A stretch of 64,000 nt of DNA from assembly GCA_028716165.1 (NCBI GenBank), contig JAQUQI010000001.1, positions 126,538-190,537 of the forward strand. The letters run 5' to 3'. Position 1 is the stretch's first letter. Each line of letters opens with the position of its first letter. The notes under the pieces were generated by a model. The model did no database searches. It was not told the origin of the DNA and worked only from the letters and a program-made list of their open reading frames with translations. Below are positions 36,392 to 47,175 of the stretch, piece by piece. Made by a program: the position numbers and the translations under genes. The stretch comes from Candidatus Omnitrophota bacterium (lineage in GTDB: Bacteria > Omnitrophota > Gorgyraeia > JABMRG01).

Positions 36392-37666
36392 CTATCTCCA
36401 CACAAACCAGATAAACAGATACGCCGCCAAAACAGCGGCCATGGTAAAAGGCAGGCCTATACGGGCAAATTTTAAAAACCCCACGTTGTGCCCTTCCTTT
36501 TTGAGCAAGGAACAGGCAACAATATTTGCCGAGGCCCCTATGGGGGTAATATTTCCTCCTATGCTGGCCCCTACCAAAAGTCCGAAAAGAAATATAGTAG
36601 GTTCCATATTAAGCTTAGCTGACATAGACACGGCAACCGGAAGCATTGCCGCTAAAAAAGGCACATTATCAACAAACGCCGATACAAACACGGACAAAAA
36701 AACAATGGCAGTATATCCCGCGAATATATTGTCCGCGACGGTTTCCGATAAAAATCCCGCTATCACATCAATCCAGCCTGTGGCTGTAAAGGCGCCTACA
36801 AGGATAAAAACTCCTATCAGGAATAAAGCGGTATCCCAGTCAAGCTTTCTTAAGCCCTCAAGTATAGACGACCTATCCGCAAATCGTTTCCAAAGCGCGG
36901 CTATAACACCAAATACCGCGCAAATAATGCCGGCTAAGTATGAAAATCCCGTGTCAAAAAACGATGAAACAGCAAGCAGGGCTATCAGGGACAGCAAAAA
37001 CACCGAAGGTATCCACGACTTGACTTTCTCCACGGGTATGAGCGCCTGCTTGGACCTGTATTTTCTAAAAAAAAGATACAGGACGAACATGGACACAAGG
37101 GCTGCTATTTCCACCGCGAAAAAAATACCCGGCCTGCCCTTATAAAAAAAGAAATCGGTAAAATCCATATTACAAAATCCGGCCAAAAGCATGCTGGGAG
37201 GGTCTCCTATGAGGGTTGCCGCGCCCTGGAGATTGCTGGATATGGCTATGCTTATCATCATATTGGCAGGATTGATATTTAATTTTTTGGACAGTGCCAG
37301 TGCCACCGGGGCCACTATCAGCACAGTGGCGACATTTTCCACAAAGGCCGATATCAGGCCTGTCATCAGGCAGATAAAAAGGATAGCCCAGCAGGTATTA
37401 CGCGCTTTATCAACGATAATTTCCGCCAGATATGCCGGCACACGGCTTGCCATAAAAATATCCGCCAGGACAAGGGTGCCTGCGAATATTCCCATGACGT
37501 TCCAATTGACGGCGAAAAAGGCCTGGTGCAGGCTTATTGACCGGGTCGCGATAACGATAAAAGCCCCTGCCAATACTGCCGCTGTCCTGCGTTCGGGCAA
37601 AAACACAAAGCAGGCATACACGGATAGAAAGACTATCAAAACTATAGCTGACGGATCCATCGCCAT
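36392..37666 (-). CDS. ArsB/NhaD-superfamily anion permease
   Basis: It is 424 aa with about 12 transmembrane helices and internal two-fold repeat organisation. Confidence 0.65.
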   Translation of the reverse strand: MAMDPSAIVLIVFLSVYACFVFLPERRTAAVLAGAFIVIATRSISLHQAFFAVNWNVMGIFAGTLVLADIFMASRVPAYLAEIIVDKARNTCWAILFICLMTGLISAFVENVATVLIVAPVALALSKKLNINPANMMISIAISSNLQGAATLIGDPPSMLLAGFCNMDFTDFFFYKGRPGIFFAVEIAALVSMFVLYLFFRKYRSKQALIPVEKVKSWIPSVFLLSLIALLAVSSFFDTGFSYLAGIICAVFGVIAALWKRFADRSSILEGLRKLDWDTALFLIGVFILVGAFTATGWIDVIAGFLSETVADNIFAGYTAIVFLSVFVSAFVDNVPFLAAMLPVAVSMSAKLNMEPTIFLFGLLVGASIGGNITPIGASANIVACSLLKKEGHNVGFLKFARIGLPFTMAAVLAAYLFIWFVWR

Positions 37667-37682
37667 AGACCTTTCAGTATTA

Positions 37683-38000
37683 TTATTTGCCCGCGCGTGA
37701 CCTTGCCATTATCAAAAGCATCTTAAAGGGTTCTTTTGCCTTAAGCGAGTGCGGGCAATCACACGGTATTATTATCATCTGGCCTCGGTTGACTATGCAA
37801 CTATGCCCGGAGACAGTGATTTCGGCAGTTCCGTCAATGACGTTTACCATAACCTCAAACGGCGCGGTATGCTCGCTTAGGCTTTGGCCTTTGTCAAAGG
37901 CAAAAAGCGTTATAGTTGCTGAATCGCTTTTGATAATTTCCTTGCTGACAACAGCGCCTTGCTGATAACCAACCATATCGCAAAGAGTCAACGCGCGCAT
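37683..38000 (-). CDS. cupin-domain protein
   Basis: It is 105 aa (EHTAPFEVMVNVIDGTAEITVSGH). Confidence 0.65.
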   Translation of the reverse strand: MRALTLCDMVGYQQGAVVSKEIIKSDSATITLFAFDKGQSLSEHTAPFEVMVNVIDGTAEITVSGHSCIVNRGQMIIIPCDCPHSLKAKEPFKMLLIMARSRAGK

Positions 38001-38551
38001 GAATAAACCTCACTGATACTTTTGGCCGCTGACAAGACCACCCCGGCGTATTTATCGTGTATCATGTCCGCGTCAAATTTAAGCATGGATCCCGGCATGG
38101 CCCTTTGCTCCTTGCCGGAAAGATATCCCATTGAGATCGGGAAAAACACCTTGTCCTCTTTCATTATATGCAAAGGATAAAACCTGGCCAGTGTTTCCAT
38201 GTTTGTTATTATGTCTTTTAAAGCGTCTTTTTTACCGTTAAAATATTTTCTCTGCGCCGCGTCAAGCCTTCTCACGTTGGCCCTGCCCATCTTGTGTTTT
38301 CTTATAAGATCAAACATGATCTTTTTATGCCCGGGGTAAAGCCTTTTGCCCGCGAGGGCCTTAAATAATATGCCTTCTTCCTTGCCATGATGGCATCTGT
38401 CCACGTATGTCCTGATAAAATCCAGCACAGCCGCTATAAGCTTCGGGTCAGCGGAGCGGCTTTCTCTCATGGCCTTGACAATTTTGCCCATAATCTTTAT
38501 CATGCGCAATATTGCTTTATGTTCTTTCACCAATATTGTCAACGGCATCAT
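37988..38551 (-). CDS. hemerythrin-like (HHE) metal-binding domain protein
   Basis: It has H..E / HHGKEE motifs spaced as in hemerythrin-like domains. Confidence 0.5.
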   Translation of the reverse strand: MMPLTILVKEHKAILRMIKIMGKIVKAMRESRSADPKLIAAVLDFIRTYVDRCHHGKEEGILFKALAGKRLYPGHKKIMFDLIRKHKMGRANVRRLDAAQRKYFNGKKDALKDIITNMETLARFYPLHIMKEDKVFFPISMGYLSGKEQRAMPGSMLKFDADMIHDKYAGVVLSAAKSISEVYSCAR

Positions 38552-38604
38552 ACAAAACTTTCGTTTTTTAACAACAGAGGCCGGGGCCTTAAACCTTACG
38601 GGGC

Positions 38605-38979
38605 TTAAGTTCCGCTTGGCCTATGCCTGTATTTTATGACCCTGACCTTTTCAATCGTTATGAGGCCTTCACCTACAATTTCATCAAGAAGAGGCAATAT
38701 TTTGTTTAGATTTTCCTGTGTGTCCACTATCTCAATGACTACAGGCAAATCCTGTGATAATTGCAAAATTTTTGCCGAATGCATGCGACTGCTGGCGCCA
38801 AACCCCATTACCCCTCTCAACACTGTGGCCCCAGCCAGATTTAACTGCCTCGCGGCAATAAGAATATGTTCGTACAGGGTCTTACCTTTATAGCAGTCTG
38901 ATTCTGCTACAAAAATCCTTAACAACATGCCGTCTTCCGGTAATTTCATTTTATTAAACTCCTTTTTTACACAAGCCAA
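38605..38979 (-). CDS. DUF190 (COG1993) protein, the usual CrcB partner
   Basis: It is 124 aa with a PII-like fold signature (RGVMGFG). Confidence 0.65.
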   Translation of the reverse strand: MACVKKEFNKMKLPEDGMLLRIFVAESDCYKGKTLYEHILIAARQLNLAGATVLRGVMGFGASSRMHSAKILQLSQDLPVVIEIVDTQENLNKILPLLDEIVGEGLITIEKVRVIKYRHRPSGT

Positions 38980-39349
38980 TGGCCGCCCTGGAAGCGGTAT
39001 ACCCTAAAAATACCGCGGCAATACAAAATGACACCGAAAGAACTATATTCACCGCGGCAATACGGTATTCTCCGTCGCGAATAAGATTAAAGGTCTCAAG
39101 GCTAAAGGTGGAAAAAGTGGTGTATCCGCCAAGTATACCGATAAAAACAAAAAGCCTGGTATTTGACGTTACGGTAAAATGTTCAACAATACCCCACAAA
39201 AAACCGATTAATAACGAACCCGTAACATTAACGATGAAAGTGCCTATAGGCAATACCCCGTTTGAAAACCTGTAATCAAGTCCGCTTACTACATAACGCG
39301 ATATCGCCCCTAAGGCGCCTCCGAGCCCTACCACAAACAATTTAAGCAT
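38954..39349 (-). CDS. crcB: fluoride ion channel CrcB/Fluc
   Basis: It is 131 aa with four transmembrane helices, GTFIVNVTGSLLIG and GGYTTFSTFS. Confidence 0.85.
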   Translation of the reverse strand: MLKLFVVGLGGALGAISRYVVSGLDYRFSNGVLPIGTFIVNVTGSLLIGFLWGIVEHFTVTSNTRLFVFIGILGGYTTFSTFSLETFNLIRDGEYRIAAVNIVLSVSFCIAAVFLGYTASRAAIGLCKKGV

Positions 39350-39403
39350 TATTTTTAAGCCTTCTATTCCATGCGCGCCCCGGCCCGCCGGGGCTTATTC
39401 GGC

Positions 39404-39757
39404 TTATTTAGCCAAAGCGCCTTTGAACACGCAAAATACGGCGGCAAGGATAAAGATTGATGCCCATACATATTCCTGCCTTATGCCCTGTTTCATGTAT
39501 AATATGGAAAACGGTATGAACACAGACAACGTAATCGTCTCCTGCAATATCTTTAACTGGCCCAGGTTCATCACCTGATATCCTATGCGGTTGGCAGGAA
39601 CTTGTATCAAATATTCAAACAACGCTATCGCCCAGCTTATCAAAGCGGCGACAACCCACGGCCGGGACTGGAAATTTTTAAGATGCCCATACCAGGCAAA
39701 TGTCATAAATATATTACTGCAGGCAAGCATAAAAACCGTTATCAATATCTTAGGCAT
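39404..39757 (-). CDS. small 4-TM DMT-superfamily membrane protein (DUF486-like)
   Basis: It is 117 aa and hydrophobic. The family call is tentative. Confidence 0.45.
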   Translation of the reverse strand: MPKILITVFMLACSNIFMTFAWYGHLKNFQSRPWVVAALISWAIALFEYLIQVPANRIGYQVMNLGQLKILQETITLSVFIPFSILYMKQGIRQEYVWASIFILAAVFCVFKGALAK

Positions 39758-39830
39758 TCCTTATTTACCCTCCGTATAAAAACCTCAACCGTATTTAATC
39801 CCGCGGGCGGATATAATAACTCTCTGCCAA

Positions 39831-40577
39831 TCAGGTTGTTTTTTTCGCTATCACGATACCAAACACGCCGCAATTCGGGGATAATTTTATCCCGACCTGC
39901 CCAAACCCCGCGTCGCGGCATAACATTTCCCATTGCTTGAGGCTGATACAATACTCACCCTGATTCAATATATGCTTCTTACCGTTATCATACATCTTGG
40001 AAAATGCTTCAATGCCGGCGTCTCTTAATGCCAATATCCATTCCTGCTCTAAGACATTAAGGATGCGCCTCAACCTGGAAACATCGGTATGCCGGCCCGT
40101 TGTGTCCATATCAACCTCTCCTATGATAAAACTGCCGTTTGGCTTTAAGGCATTATAAACTTTTTTTACCAGGCCGGATTTCTCCTTTAAGTGGTGCAAT
40201 GTGACGGATGACACCGCGATATCAAAACCGGCGCGCGGCAGGCGCGCGGCGGAGGCGTCCATGAGCCTGCAGTCAGCGCTGTGCCGAACGCCAAGGCGCT
40301 TGAGCTTATCGCGGAAGATATCAAGCATTTTACCTGAATTATCTATGCCATAGACATAGCAGCCTTTTTTTATAAAACGTAAGCTTAGCAAGCCTGTGCC
40401 GCAGCCTATATCAAGCACCCTGTCGCCGCTTTTAGCTTTGGCGTATTTTACCACAAGGTCTAATAATTCACGGTGAAAACCGATACTACCGAGTGTGCGG
40501 TCGTATTCGTTAGACCAGTTGTCAAACCAATCCCTTGTTCCGGCCTTATGGTTTTTTTGACAGCTGTTTTTCTTCAT
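39831..40577 (-). CDS. class I SAM-dependent methyltransferase
   Basis: VLDIGCGTGLLSLRFIKKGCYVYGIDNS is motif I. Confidence 0.8.
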   Translation of the reverse strand: MKKNSCQKNHKAGTRDWFDNWSNEYDRTLGSIGFHRELLDLVVKYAKAKSGDRVLDIGCGTGLLSLRFIKKGCYVYGIDNSGKMLDIFRDKLKRLGVRHSADCRLMDASAARLPRAGFDIAVSSVTLHHLKEKSGLVKKVYNALKPNGSFIIGEVDMDTTGRHTDVSRLRRILNVLEQEWILALRDAGIEAFSKMYDNGKKHILNQGEYCISLKQWEMLCRDAGFGQVGIKLSPNCGVFGIVIAKKTT

Positions 40578-40618
40578 AAAAAACTTTCCTTGAAATTTAA
40601 CACTCGCGGGCAGAAAGC

Positions 40619-42181
40619 CTATCTGGGGCCCTTTGAACCGTGCTCAACGATACGTTCAATATCGCTCTTTTTGACAACCACCTTAAACTGCGTTTCCCCT
40701 GTCTGAACATACATGCTTATCTCATCATCTGTTTGTCCGCGTAAAATACCTTCTATAAATTTACCGCTTTTAAATACTATCAAGTGCGTCGGAACAAAAG
40801 AACCTACCTGCGCTTTTTCTGATTCCATTACCAAATGAGACCTCTTTTTCAGGTCAGAAATGTATTTGTCAATAAACCCCGAATGTTTTGAAAATGACTT
40901 AGCGGTATAGAGGAACTGTATGGCCTCATCAAAATTACCTTCCCTTTCCTCTATAGAGGCAAGGGTAATATACGCGTCCCTATAAGAAGGCGAGGAATGG
41001 ATTACGCCCATTATGATTTCGCGCGCTTTTTCACATTCACCCGCTCCGTTATATGCCTTGGCCAGGATATTTTGCTCAACTATAGAATCAGGGTTGTCTG
41101 AAAGCCTGCGGTTAGAATTTTCAATTTCCTTGTAATAAGCTTCTATGGCCAGGCCCTTTTCGCCCTGTGTGTTATATATCTCGGCAAGGCTGTTATACAT
41201 ATTAGGATAAGCGTCATCGCGCTTTGCCAGGCTTTTGTATTCCATAATAGCCTCGTCATACATTCCCGCGTCTCTATACATGCTTGCCAGGTTATACATT
41301 ATATCAAGGTTGTCAGGGTTAAGCCTTAAAGCCTCTTTCAGATACATAACAGCCTGGTCATAGCGCTCTATCTGCATCAAGGCTATGGCTATATCGTTGT
41401 ACGCCACACAGTCGTTGTAATTAGAGTTCAGTATCTTTCTATAAGCCTGTATTGCCAAATCGTATTTACCTTCTTTGTAAAATATATCACCGAGTAATTT
41501 ATGCGCCTGCCAGTATACGGGTTCTAAGCGCATGACATCGCTCATCTTGAGTTCGGCGCGTTTTAAATCATTATCAATATAGTAAAAATACCCGAGGATA
41601 TAATGCGCGTAAACAGATTCAGGGTCAAGCTCCAAAGCCTTGTTCAGCAGGTTATACGCGTCTTTCTTTTCTCCCGCCGCATAGGCTATTACGCCCTGAT
41701 TAATGTGTTCATTGGTGCAGTTTAAACGCGCCCTGTCGTATATGTTTTCTATGTCTTGGGATTCCGGTATGCGGGCGCGCGCCTGTTTGGCTGTATCAAG
41801 GGCCTGGGCAAACCTTCCGCTTGACATAAGGACATTTGCCAGGGCTATGTAATTATCAGCGCGAAGCGGATCATTCGCTATTAATCGTTGGTATATTTTG
41901 ACCGCGTCACCAGGGTTGTCCAGCTTCTCATACACATAGGCCAGATAATCATAAGTGTCCCTATTCGGAATTATACGCAATGATTGCCTGAAAAAATCTG
42001 CCGCCAACTTATATTCTCCCGATTTATAGGCTTCAACTCCTTTATTATGATAAAATGAAGCTAATTTTATAACGCCGATATAGATAAAAAGCGCGCATAA
42101 CACCACAATAAGCAGTAATTCAATTATTTTTTTCGCCATTGTCCTTCCCCTGTTAAATCGTAAAAATATTGCCAGATACAA
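40619..42181 (-). CDS. TPR-repeat protein with N-terminal membrane anchor
   Basis: It has more than 10 tandem 34-aa TPR units (W-LG-Y-A-F-A-P patterns). The likely start is the internal MAKKIIELL. Confidence 0.8.
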   Translation of the reverse strand: MYLAIFLRFNRGRTMAKKIIELLLIVVLCALFIYIGVIKLASFYHNKGVEAYKSGEYKLAADFFRQSLRIIPNRDTYDYLAYVYEKLDNPGDAVKIYQRLIANDPLRADNYIALANVLMSSGRFAQALDTAKQARARIPESQDIENIYDRARLNCTNEHINQGVIAYAAGEKKDAYNLLNKALELDPESVYAHYILGYFYYIDNDLKRAELKMSDVMRLEPVYWQAHKLLGDIFYKEGKYDLAIQAYRKILNSNYNDCVAYNDIAIALMQIERYDQAVMYLKEALRLNPDNLDIMYNLASMYRDAGMYDEAIMEYKSLAKRDDAYPNMYNSLAEIYNTQGEKGLAIEAYYKEIENSNRRLSDNPDSIVEQNILAKAYNGAGECEKAREIIMGVIHSSPSYRDAYITLASIEEREGNFDEAIQFLYTAKSFSKHSGFIDKYISDLKKRSHLVMESEKAQVGSFVPTHLIVFKSGKFIEGILRGQTDDEISMYVQTGETQFKVVVKKSDIERIVEHGSKGPR

Positions 42182-42326
42182 TACGGATTTTATAATAATT
42201 TTCTATTTTTATATAGATTATACTTCCCCGCAAGCCGTAAGGTCAAGACTTTTACCGGGCGTTTTCATTAATAGTTTTCATAAAGTCATTTTGCCAAAGA
42301 TATTGCCGGGAAGAAGATAACCGGCG

Positions 42327-44819
42327 CTATTCATTTCCGTCAATGGAAAATTCTTTAATAATATCGTCCGGGGACGCCGCCCGTATAACCCTATCCGTGG
42401 AATCAGAATGACAAAAAGGCCTGACCAGATCAGCCAGGGCCTGAAGGTGTATTTCGGCCGGCGCGTCTTCTTCGCTAAGTAGTATAAACAATACCTTTAT
42501 ATCCGAGTTTACGCGCGTAAGATGCCAACCGGTTTTATTTACGCCAAGAAAAGCTGTGGGCCTTTTTATGCCCGCTATGCGCGCGTGCAAAAGCGCCATA
42601 CCCGGGTTAAGCTCAATAGGCTCCGACTTTGCCGCGCTTTGCAATTTGCCGACAACACTTTTAAACTGCTCTTCTTTTTCCCGAAACGCGGGCGATAAAA
42701 GCCTTGTTATGGCCTCATATATATCATACCCTCCCAGATCCAGCCTGATATGCTCCAATGGAAAATACAAAAAACAGCTTGATAAGGCCTGCTCCTGCGT
42801 CTTAAAATCTTCATCCCAGGCTGTCTCGGGCGGATAAACTACAATATAATTAATACCGCTCATCTGCCGGCTGATTAATTGCGGCAGTCTATTCAAAGCA
42901 GGCTGCCACGCGAGTCTGCCCTTGCGCGCGTTGACCATAACAAAAAGGTCGTCTTCGGTCAGGTTTTTACGCGCCCAAGGCAAAAGTCCGTCCCATCTTT
43001 CCAGCGCGGCATACGACTTTTTGACGGTTGCTAAATTACGAGTTATTGTTTCGCCGGATCTCTTTAATACAGACGGTAAAGTAACGATTAAAAGCGACGC
43101 GTCCAATTGGCGGGCAAGTATTCCGACAGCACGGATAACAGCCGTAAAACCCGGCTGATAATCTACCATTGGCGGAATGGCCAGCGCGACACGTTTCATG
43201 GTATTTACCGGGATCAGGCACCTGCTGACAAATAGCATCTGGCCGGTATTGTCTAAAATCGCGTCCAGAATACGGCCGAATACCCAGGCGCCGGAAGAGG
43301 AGCTACCCTTCCATCCTATGACTATTAATGATATTCTAAGGTCAACGGCCGCCTGGCATATACCAACAACCGTATCAATGGCCGCCCTGGTCATTGGCAC
43401 AACAGGCACATCCGCCTCAATCGCCTGGATCACCGCGTGGCCAAGCAGTTTCTCGGCCTGCGCAATACGCTCATCCGCATCATTGCCGGATTGAACAACC
43501 GTCAAAGGATACAAAGGCTCATAAGAATTGCGGCGCCTTAACAGCATAGCCAGATCCATCAACTCCTTGGCAGTGTCCGGATTGGCAAGGGGTATAAGTA
43601 TCCTGTGAGGCACATTGGATGCCATAAGCGGCTCATCATCCTGTTTTAGCGCTACTTTCCGCGCGAAACGATCGGTTATAAGTGAACCCGTCATACATGT
43701 CGCTAATATCATTATGATAGCGCCCGCCAGCACAGATTCTGAAAAGACACCGATATTATAACCGACTAAAACAGCGGCAAGCGTTGCCGCGGCCTGATTA
43801 ACGCTTAGGCCGTAAATAAGCATTCCTTCTTCCGGCGAATACTTTAATAATTTCCGCGCGGCATAAGACGCGGCCCATTTGGAGATGATGCCTGCGAAAA
43901 CCATCACCACGGCTATGGTCAGCGCCCTGTCTGCTGTAAACAGCAGGCCAAGGTCAACCAGCATGCCTACAAATATCAGAAAAAACGGGATAAACATTGA
44001 ATGTCCGACAAATTGTATACGGCTCATCAAGGCGCTTTTTTCAGGGATAAAACTGTTAAGGATAATACCGGCGAAAAATGCCCCGATTATCGGCTCAAGT
44101 CCGGCGGCATACGCCATATAAGAACAGAAATAAGTTGCGGCCAAAACCCCGGTGAAAGCAATGATGCCGTCCGTGGCAACTCTGCGGAAAAACCACTTGC
44201 TTAGAAGCGGTAGAACGATAAACATTGCCGCGGTGTAAATTCCGACATACATGAATAACCTGGGCCAGAAAAAAAATCCGGCCTCACCTTTGTGTATGGC
44301 GGCAATAGCGGCCAATACAAGCATGGCGGCGGTATCGGTTATGATAGTGCCGCCAACGGTGGTAGTAACAGAACGCTGGCGGGAAAGCCCGAGACGGCTT
44401 GCTATCGGATATGTCAACAGTGTGTGGGAAGAAAACATGCTTGCCAGCAGTATAGATGCCTGCCAGTTAAAACCAAGCAGATATTTAGCTGACAGAACTC
44501 CTAATATAAGAGGTATTGTAAAGGTAAATACACCAAAAACAAGGCTGTCCCGGCGATGGCGCATAAACTGCGCTTTGTCCAGCTCAAGGCCGGCAAGGAA
44601 CATTATATAAAGAAGGCCTACAGCTCCTAAAAGTTGTATTTCAACGCCTCGTTCAAGGACGCGCAGGCCATGAGGCCCTAATAATATCCCGGATACAATA
44701 AGGCCTACGATACCAGGAAGCCCCAATCTTGACGACACAATCGGCGCTATAAGAGCAATCAGCATGAGTATGGCAAAAACCAACACCGGATCCTGAACGG
44801 GGAAAAACCCATTTAACAT
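42327..44819 (-). CDS. cation:proton antiporter (CPA1/CPA2) with cytoplasmic Usp-like and PTS-EIIA(Ntr)-like regulatory domains
   Basis: It has 12-13 transmembrane helices, then universal-stress-like segments (HRILIPLANPD), and a C-terminal EIIA fructose/nitrogen-type domain (GMALLHARIAG...VLFILLSEED). Confidence 0.8.
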   Translation of the reverse strand: MLNGFFPVQDPVLVFAILMLIALIAPIVSSRLGLPGIVGLIVSGILLGPHGLRVLERGVEIQLLGAVGLLYIMFLAGLELDKAQFMRHRRDSLVFGVFTFTIPLILGVLSAKYLLGFNWQASILLASMFSSHTLLTYPIASRLGLSRQRSVTTTVGGTIITDTAAMLVLAAIAAIHKGEAGFFFWPRLFMYVGIYTAAMFIVLPLLSKWFFRRVATDGIIAFTGVLAATYFCSYMAYAAGLEPIIGAFFAGIILNSFIPEKSALMSRIQFVGHSMFIPFFLIFVGMLVDLGLLFTADRALTIAVVMVFAGIISKWAASYAARKLLKYSPEEGMLIYGLSVNQAAATLAAVLVGYNIGVFSESVLAGAIIMILATCMTGSLITDRFARKVALKQDDEPLMASNVPHRILIPLANPDTAKELMDLAMLLRRRNSYEPLYPLTVVQSGNDADERIAQAEKLLGHAVIQAIEADVPVVPMTRAAIDTVVGICQAAVDLRISLIVIGWKGSSSSGAWVFGRILDAILDNTGQMLFVSRCLIPVNTMKRVALAIPPMVDYQPGFTAVIRAVGILARQLDASLLIVTLPSVLKRSGETITRNLATVKKSYAALERWDGLLPWARKNLTEDDLFVMVNARKGRLAWQPALNRLPQLISRQMSGINYIVVYPPETAWDEDFKTQEQALSSCFLYFPLEHIRLDLGGYDIYEAITRLLSPAFREKEEQFKSVVGKLQSAAKSEPIELNPGMALLHARIAGIKRPTAFLGVNKTGWHLTRVNSDIKVLFILLSEEDAPAEIHLQALADLVRPFCHSDSTDRVIRAASPDDIIKEFSIDGNE

Positions 44820-44875
44820 ACCTGTACCTCTTGCATTAACGGGTATTAAGAATGATAACTACGCGTGAACATGTT

Positions 44876-46210
44876 TTACTTGACCTGGACAGAGAGCAGG
44901 AATATGTCGTCCGTCTGATTGTCTCTTTGGAACACATTCACGCGCTCAAGAAGCTTTTTGTTGAATTCGCCGACATGGAGCGTCATATTCTCTTTCGCGA
45001 AATCCTTGAGATTATCATAACCGAATAAAGACCCGGATGGGTCTTTGGCCTCAATTATGCCATCGGTAAACAGTATCAGCCTGTCTCCTTTTTTAAAACT
45101 TATGCTCGCGTCATACACGTTATTATCCGCCAGTCCTATGCCCATCAAAAAAGTCTGGGAATCCATAAGGACTATGCTGTTGTCTTTAGACTGCAGGAGT
45201 ATTTGCGGCGGATGCCCGTGGTTTGAATATACCAGCTTATTTTCGGAAAAATCAAGCATTCCGCAGAAAGCGGTAAGATAAAAACCTATCTTGCCAAAAT
45301 CCCGGTCAATAAAATCCCCCAGGGCCTTGAGCAGTCCCCCGGGGCTGACGCGCAGGCTTAAAAGCCTTTCTATTTCCGTGTGTATCCTGTTCACCAAAAG
45401 GGCCGATGAAACACCATGGCCGGTAATATCGGAGACAATAAACATCAGTTTGTCTTTGTCAATGAAGCTGAATTTAGCATAATCGCCTCCCATATAGAAC
45501 ATAGGCTGATACGTCACAGCTATGTCTGCCAGCGGATGTTCTATGGACTGGGGTATAATGCTTCTCTGTATCTTTCTGGCTATATCAAGCTCCTTCATCA
45601 TAACAGCGTTTTTTTCTTCAATTTCCGTTTTTGATAAAAAAATATTTTCGCGAAGCAGGCATTCGGTCCGTTTTACAACAACACCGATTACCGTCGCGAC
45701 AATCAGGATAACGGTATTTATTGATAGTATTTCCACGTTGATGAATGTCCCGGCGTTAAAATAAACAAAAATAAAATTTACCAGCGCGAAAAAACCGATG
45801 GCCATTGTTTCCCGCGCGGACCATGGCAATAACAATATACTGACAAAAAAAGCCAGCAATATCAAAGTTATCCCCATATGCACAATAAGATCCGGATGGG
45901 CGTGGGCTGATAAAGCGGCAATAAGAATCAAAAGAGCGCTGAAGATACCGGCGCGTATTTTGTAAAACAGCAGGCCGCGGCCTTTTCGGGAGGTAAGCAA
46001 AATGACTACGGAAACCGCGAGTCCTATGATAATGCCGGGAACGTCTTTGGGGCTTAATATGTGCCTGAAAAATGTAAATCCTGCCGCTATCTCAATGGTA
46101 AAAGCGGATATCACAATATAGCAGAACAGATTTATCCTGGAGTAGAACAGCTTGCCGAGTCCTGACTCATAAGAAAATTTAAGCCTTTCAGGGACCGCGC
46201 GATCTTTCAT
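44876..46210 (-). CDS. membrane-anchored PP2C-family Ser/Thr phosphatase (SpoIIE/RsbU-like)
   Basis: It has a multi-TM N-terminal half and then GGDYAKF...IVSDITGHGVSSALL...FTDGIIEA PP2C motifs. Confidence 0.8.
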   Translation of the reverse strand: MKDRAVPERLKFSYESGLGKLFYSRINLFCYIVISAFTIEIAAGFTFFRHILSPKDVPGIIIGLAVSVVILLTSRKGRGLLFYKIRAGIFSALLILIAALSAHAHPDLIVHMGITLILLAFFVSILLLPWSARETMAIGFFALVNFIFVYFNAGTFINVEILSINTVILIVATVIGVVVKRTECLLRENIFLSKTEIEEKNAVMMKELDIARKIQRSIIPQSIEHPLADIAVTYQPMFYMGGDYAKFSFIDKDKLMFIVSDITGHGVSSALLVNRIHTEIERLLSLRVSPGGLLKALGDFIDRDFGKIGFYLTAFCGMLDFSENKLVYSNHGHPPQILLQSKDNSIVLMDSQTFLMGIGLADNNVYDASISFKKGDRLILFTDGIIEAKDPSGSLFGYDNLKDFAKENMTLHVGEFNKKLLERVNVFQRDNQTDDIFLLSVQVK

Positions 46211-47004
46211 TTTTGATTCCTCTCTTTTTCTATTTCCACTATAGGCGAATCAAGATTTATCTCAAGCCCTCTGTATCTAAGCCATTCAAAATCAGGTTCT
46301 GCCGAATGCCATACATACGCTTTAGGTATCAAGACTTTTACGAAGTTAAAAAGGCCGAGCTGGGGGTCAAGGCATAGTTTATACGCCATAGTCCTGGCCC
46401 CTCCTGTCTCAATCTCCTCTTTGCCTATGATATATAAACCGCATTTGATAAGCCTCGGCTCACTGCTTAGCATCTCAACTTTCGCGCTCTCTTGGCCTGT
46501 TTTAAGAAATTGCTGGACATAGAGGGCCAATATAAGCCTGTTGACAACGTCTCCGTTAAAATTAAATTCCTGACGCGAGGTCTTGCCTGTTACAGTATCG
46601 CAACGTGTAAAAAACGCCTTATTTTTATTAAAATCAAAAACCTGCTCTTCGGTTGATATCAGCCTGCCGGATAGGTCAAATATTTTCGTAAAACTGTTTA
46701 AAGGTTTTACGCTTGAACCTGTATCAATATACCGGAGCTCTGATATCCAGCTTATCTTATCTTTGAATCCGCTGTATATGCCAGAACCTGACTCTATAAT
46801 CTTGTTTACGCCTTTTTCAGATTCAGGGGAAAACAAAATATCTGTAACAGCGCTCCAGCGTGGATTCCCCTTAGTGTCCCGGCACTGATAAGAAACCTTA
46901 AACACCCCTCCTGCCGGAAGCCCGTCTGCCCATAACGCTATAGGACGGCATAGGGCCAGACAAAGACTGGCGGCAATAAAACAATTAAGTATATTGTTTT
47001 TCAT
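46207..47004 (-). CDS. hypothetical secreted protein
   Basis: It has a signal peptide and no recognised motifs. It is translationally coupled to the phosphatase gene. Confidence 0.4.
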   Translation of the reverse strand: MKNNILNCFIAASLCLALCRPIALWADGLPAGGVFKVSYQCRDTKGNPRWSAVTDILFSPESEKGVNKIIESGSGIYSGFKDKISWISELRYIDTGSSVKPLNSFTKIFDLSGRLISTEEQVFDFNKNKAFFTRCDTVTGKTSRQEFNFNGDVVNRLILALYVQQFLKTGQESAKVEMLSSEPRLIKCGLYIIGKEEIETGGARTMAYKLCLDPQLGLFNFVKVLIPKAYVWHSAEPDFEWLRYRGLEINLDSPIVEIEKERNQK

Positions 47005-47175
47005 ACACGTTCCATCATAATATAACGCGCTAAATGGGATTTTTACAAAAAAACAATTACGCGCTTGCTATGTCAGCGCGTCTTTATTTTATTGTATTAT
47101 ACGGGGATGTTCAAGTCAAGGGAAAGGGCCTGAAACATAAAAATGAAAGCAGGCGGAGGATATTACCTTAAATTT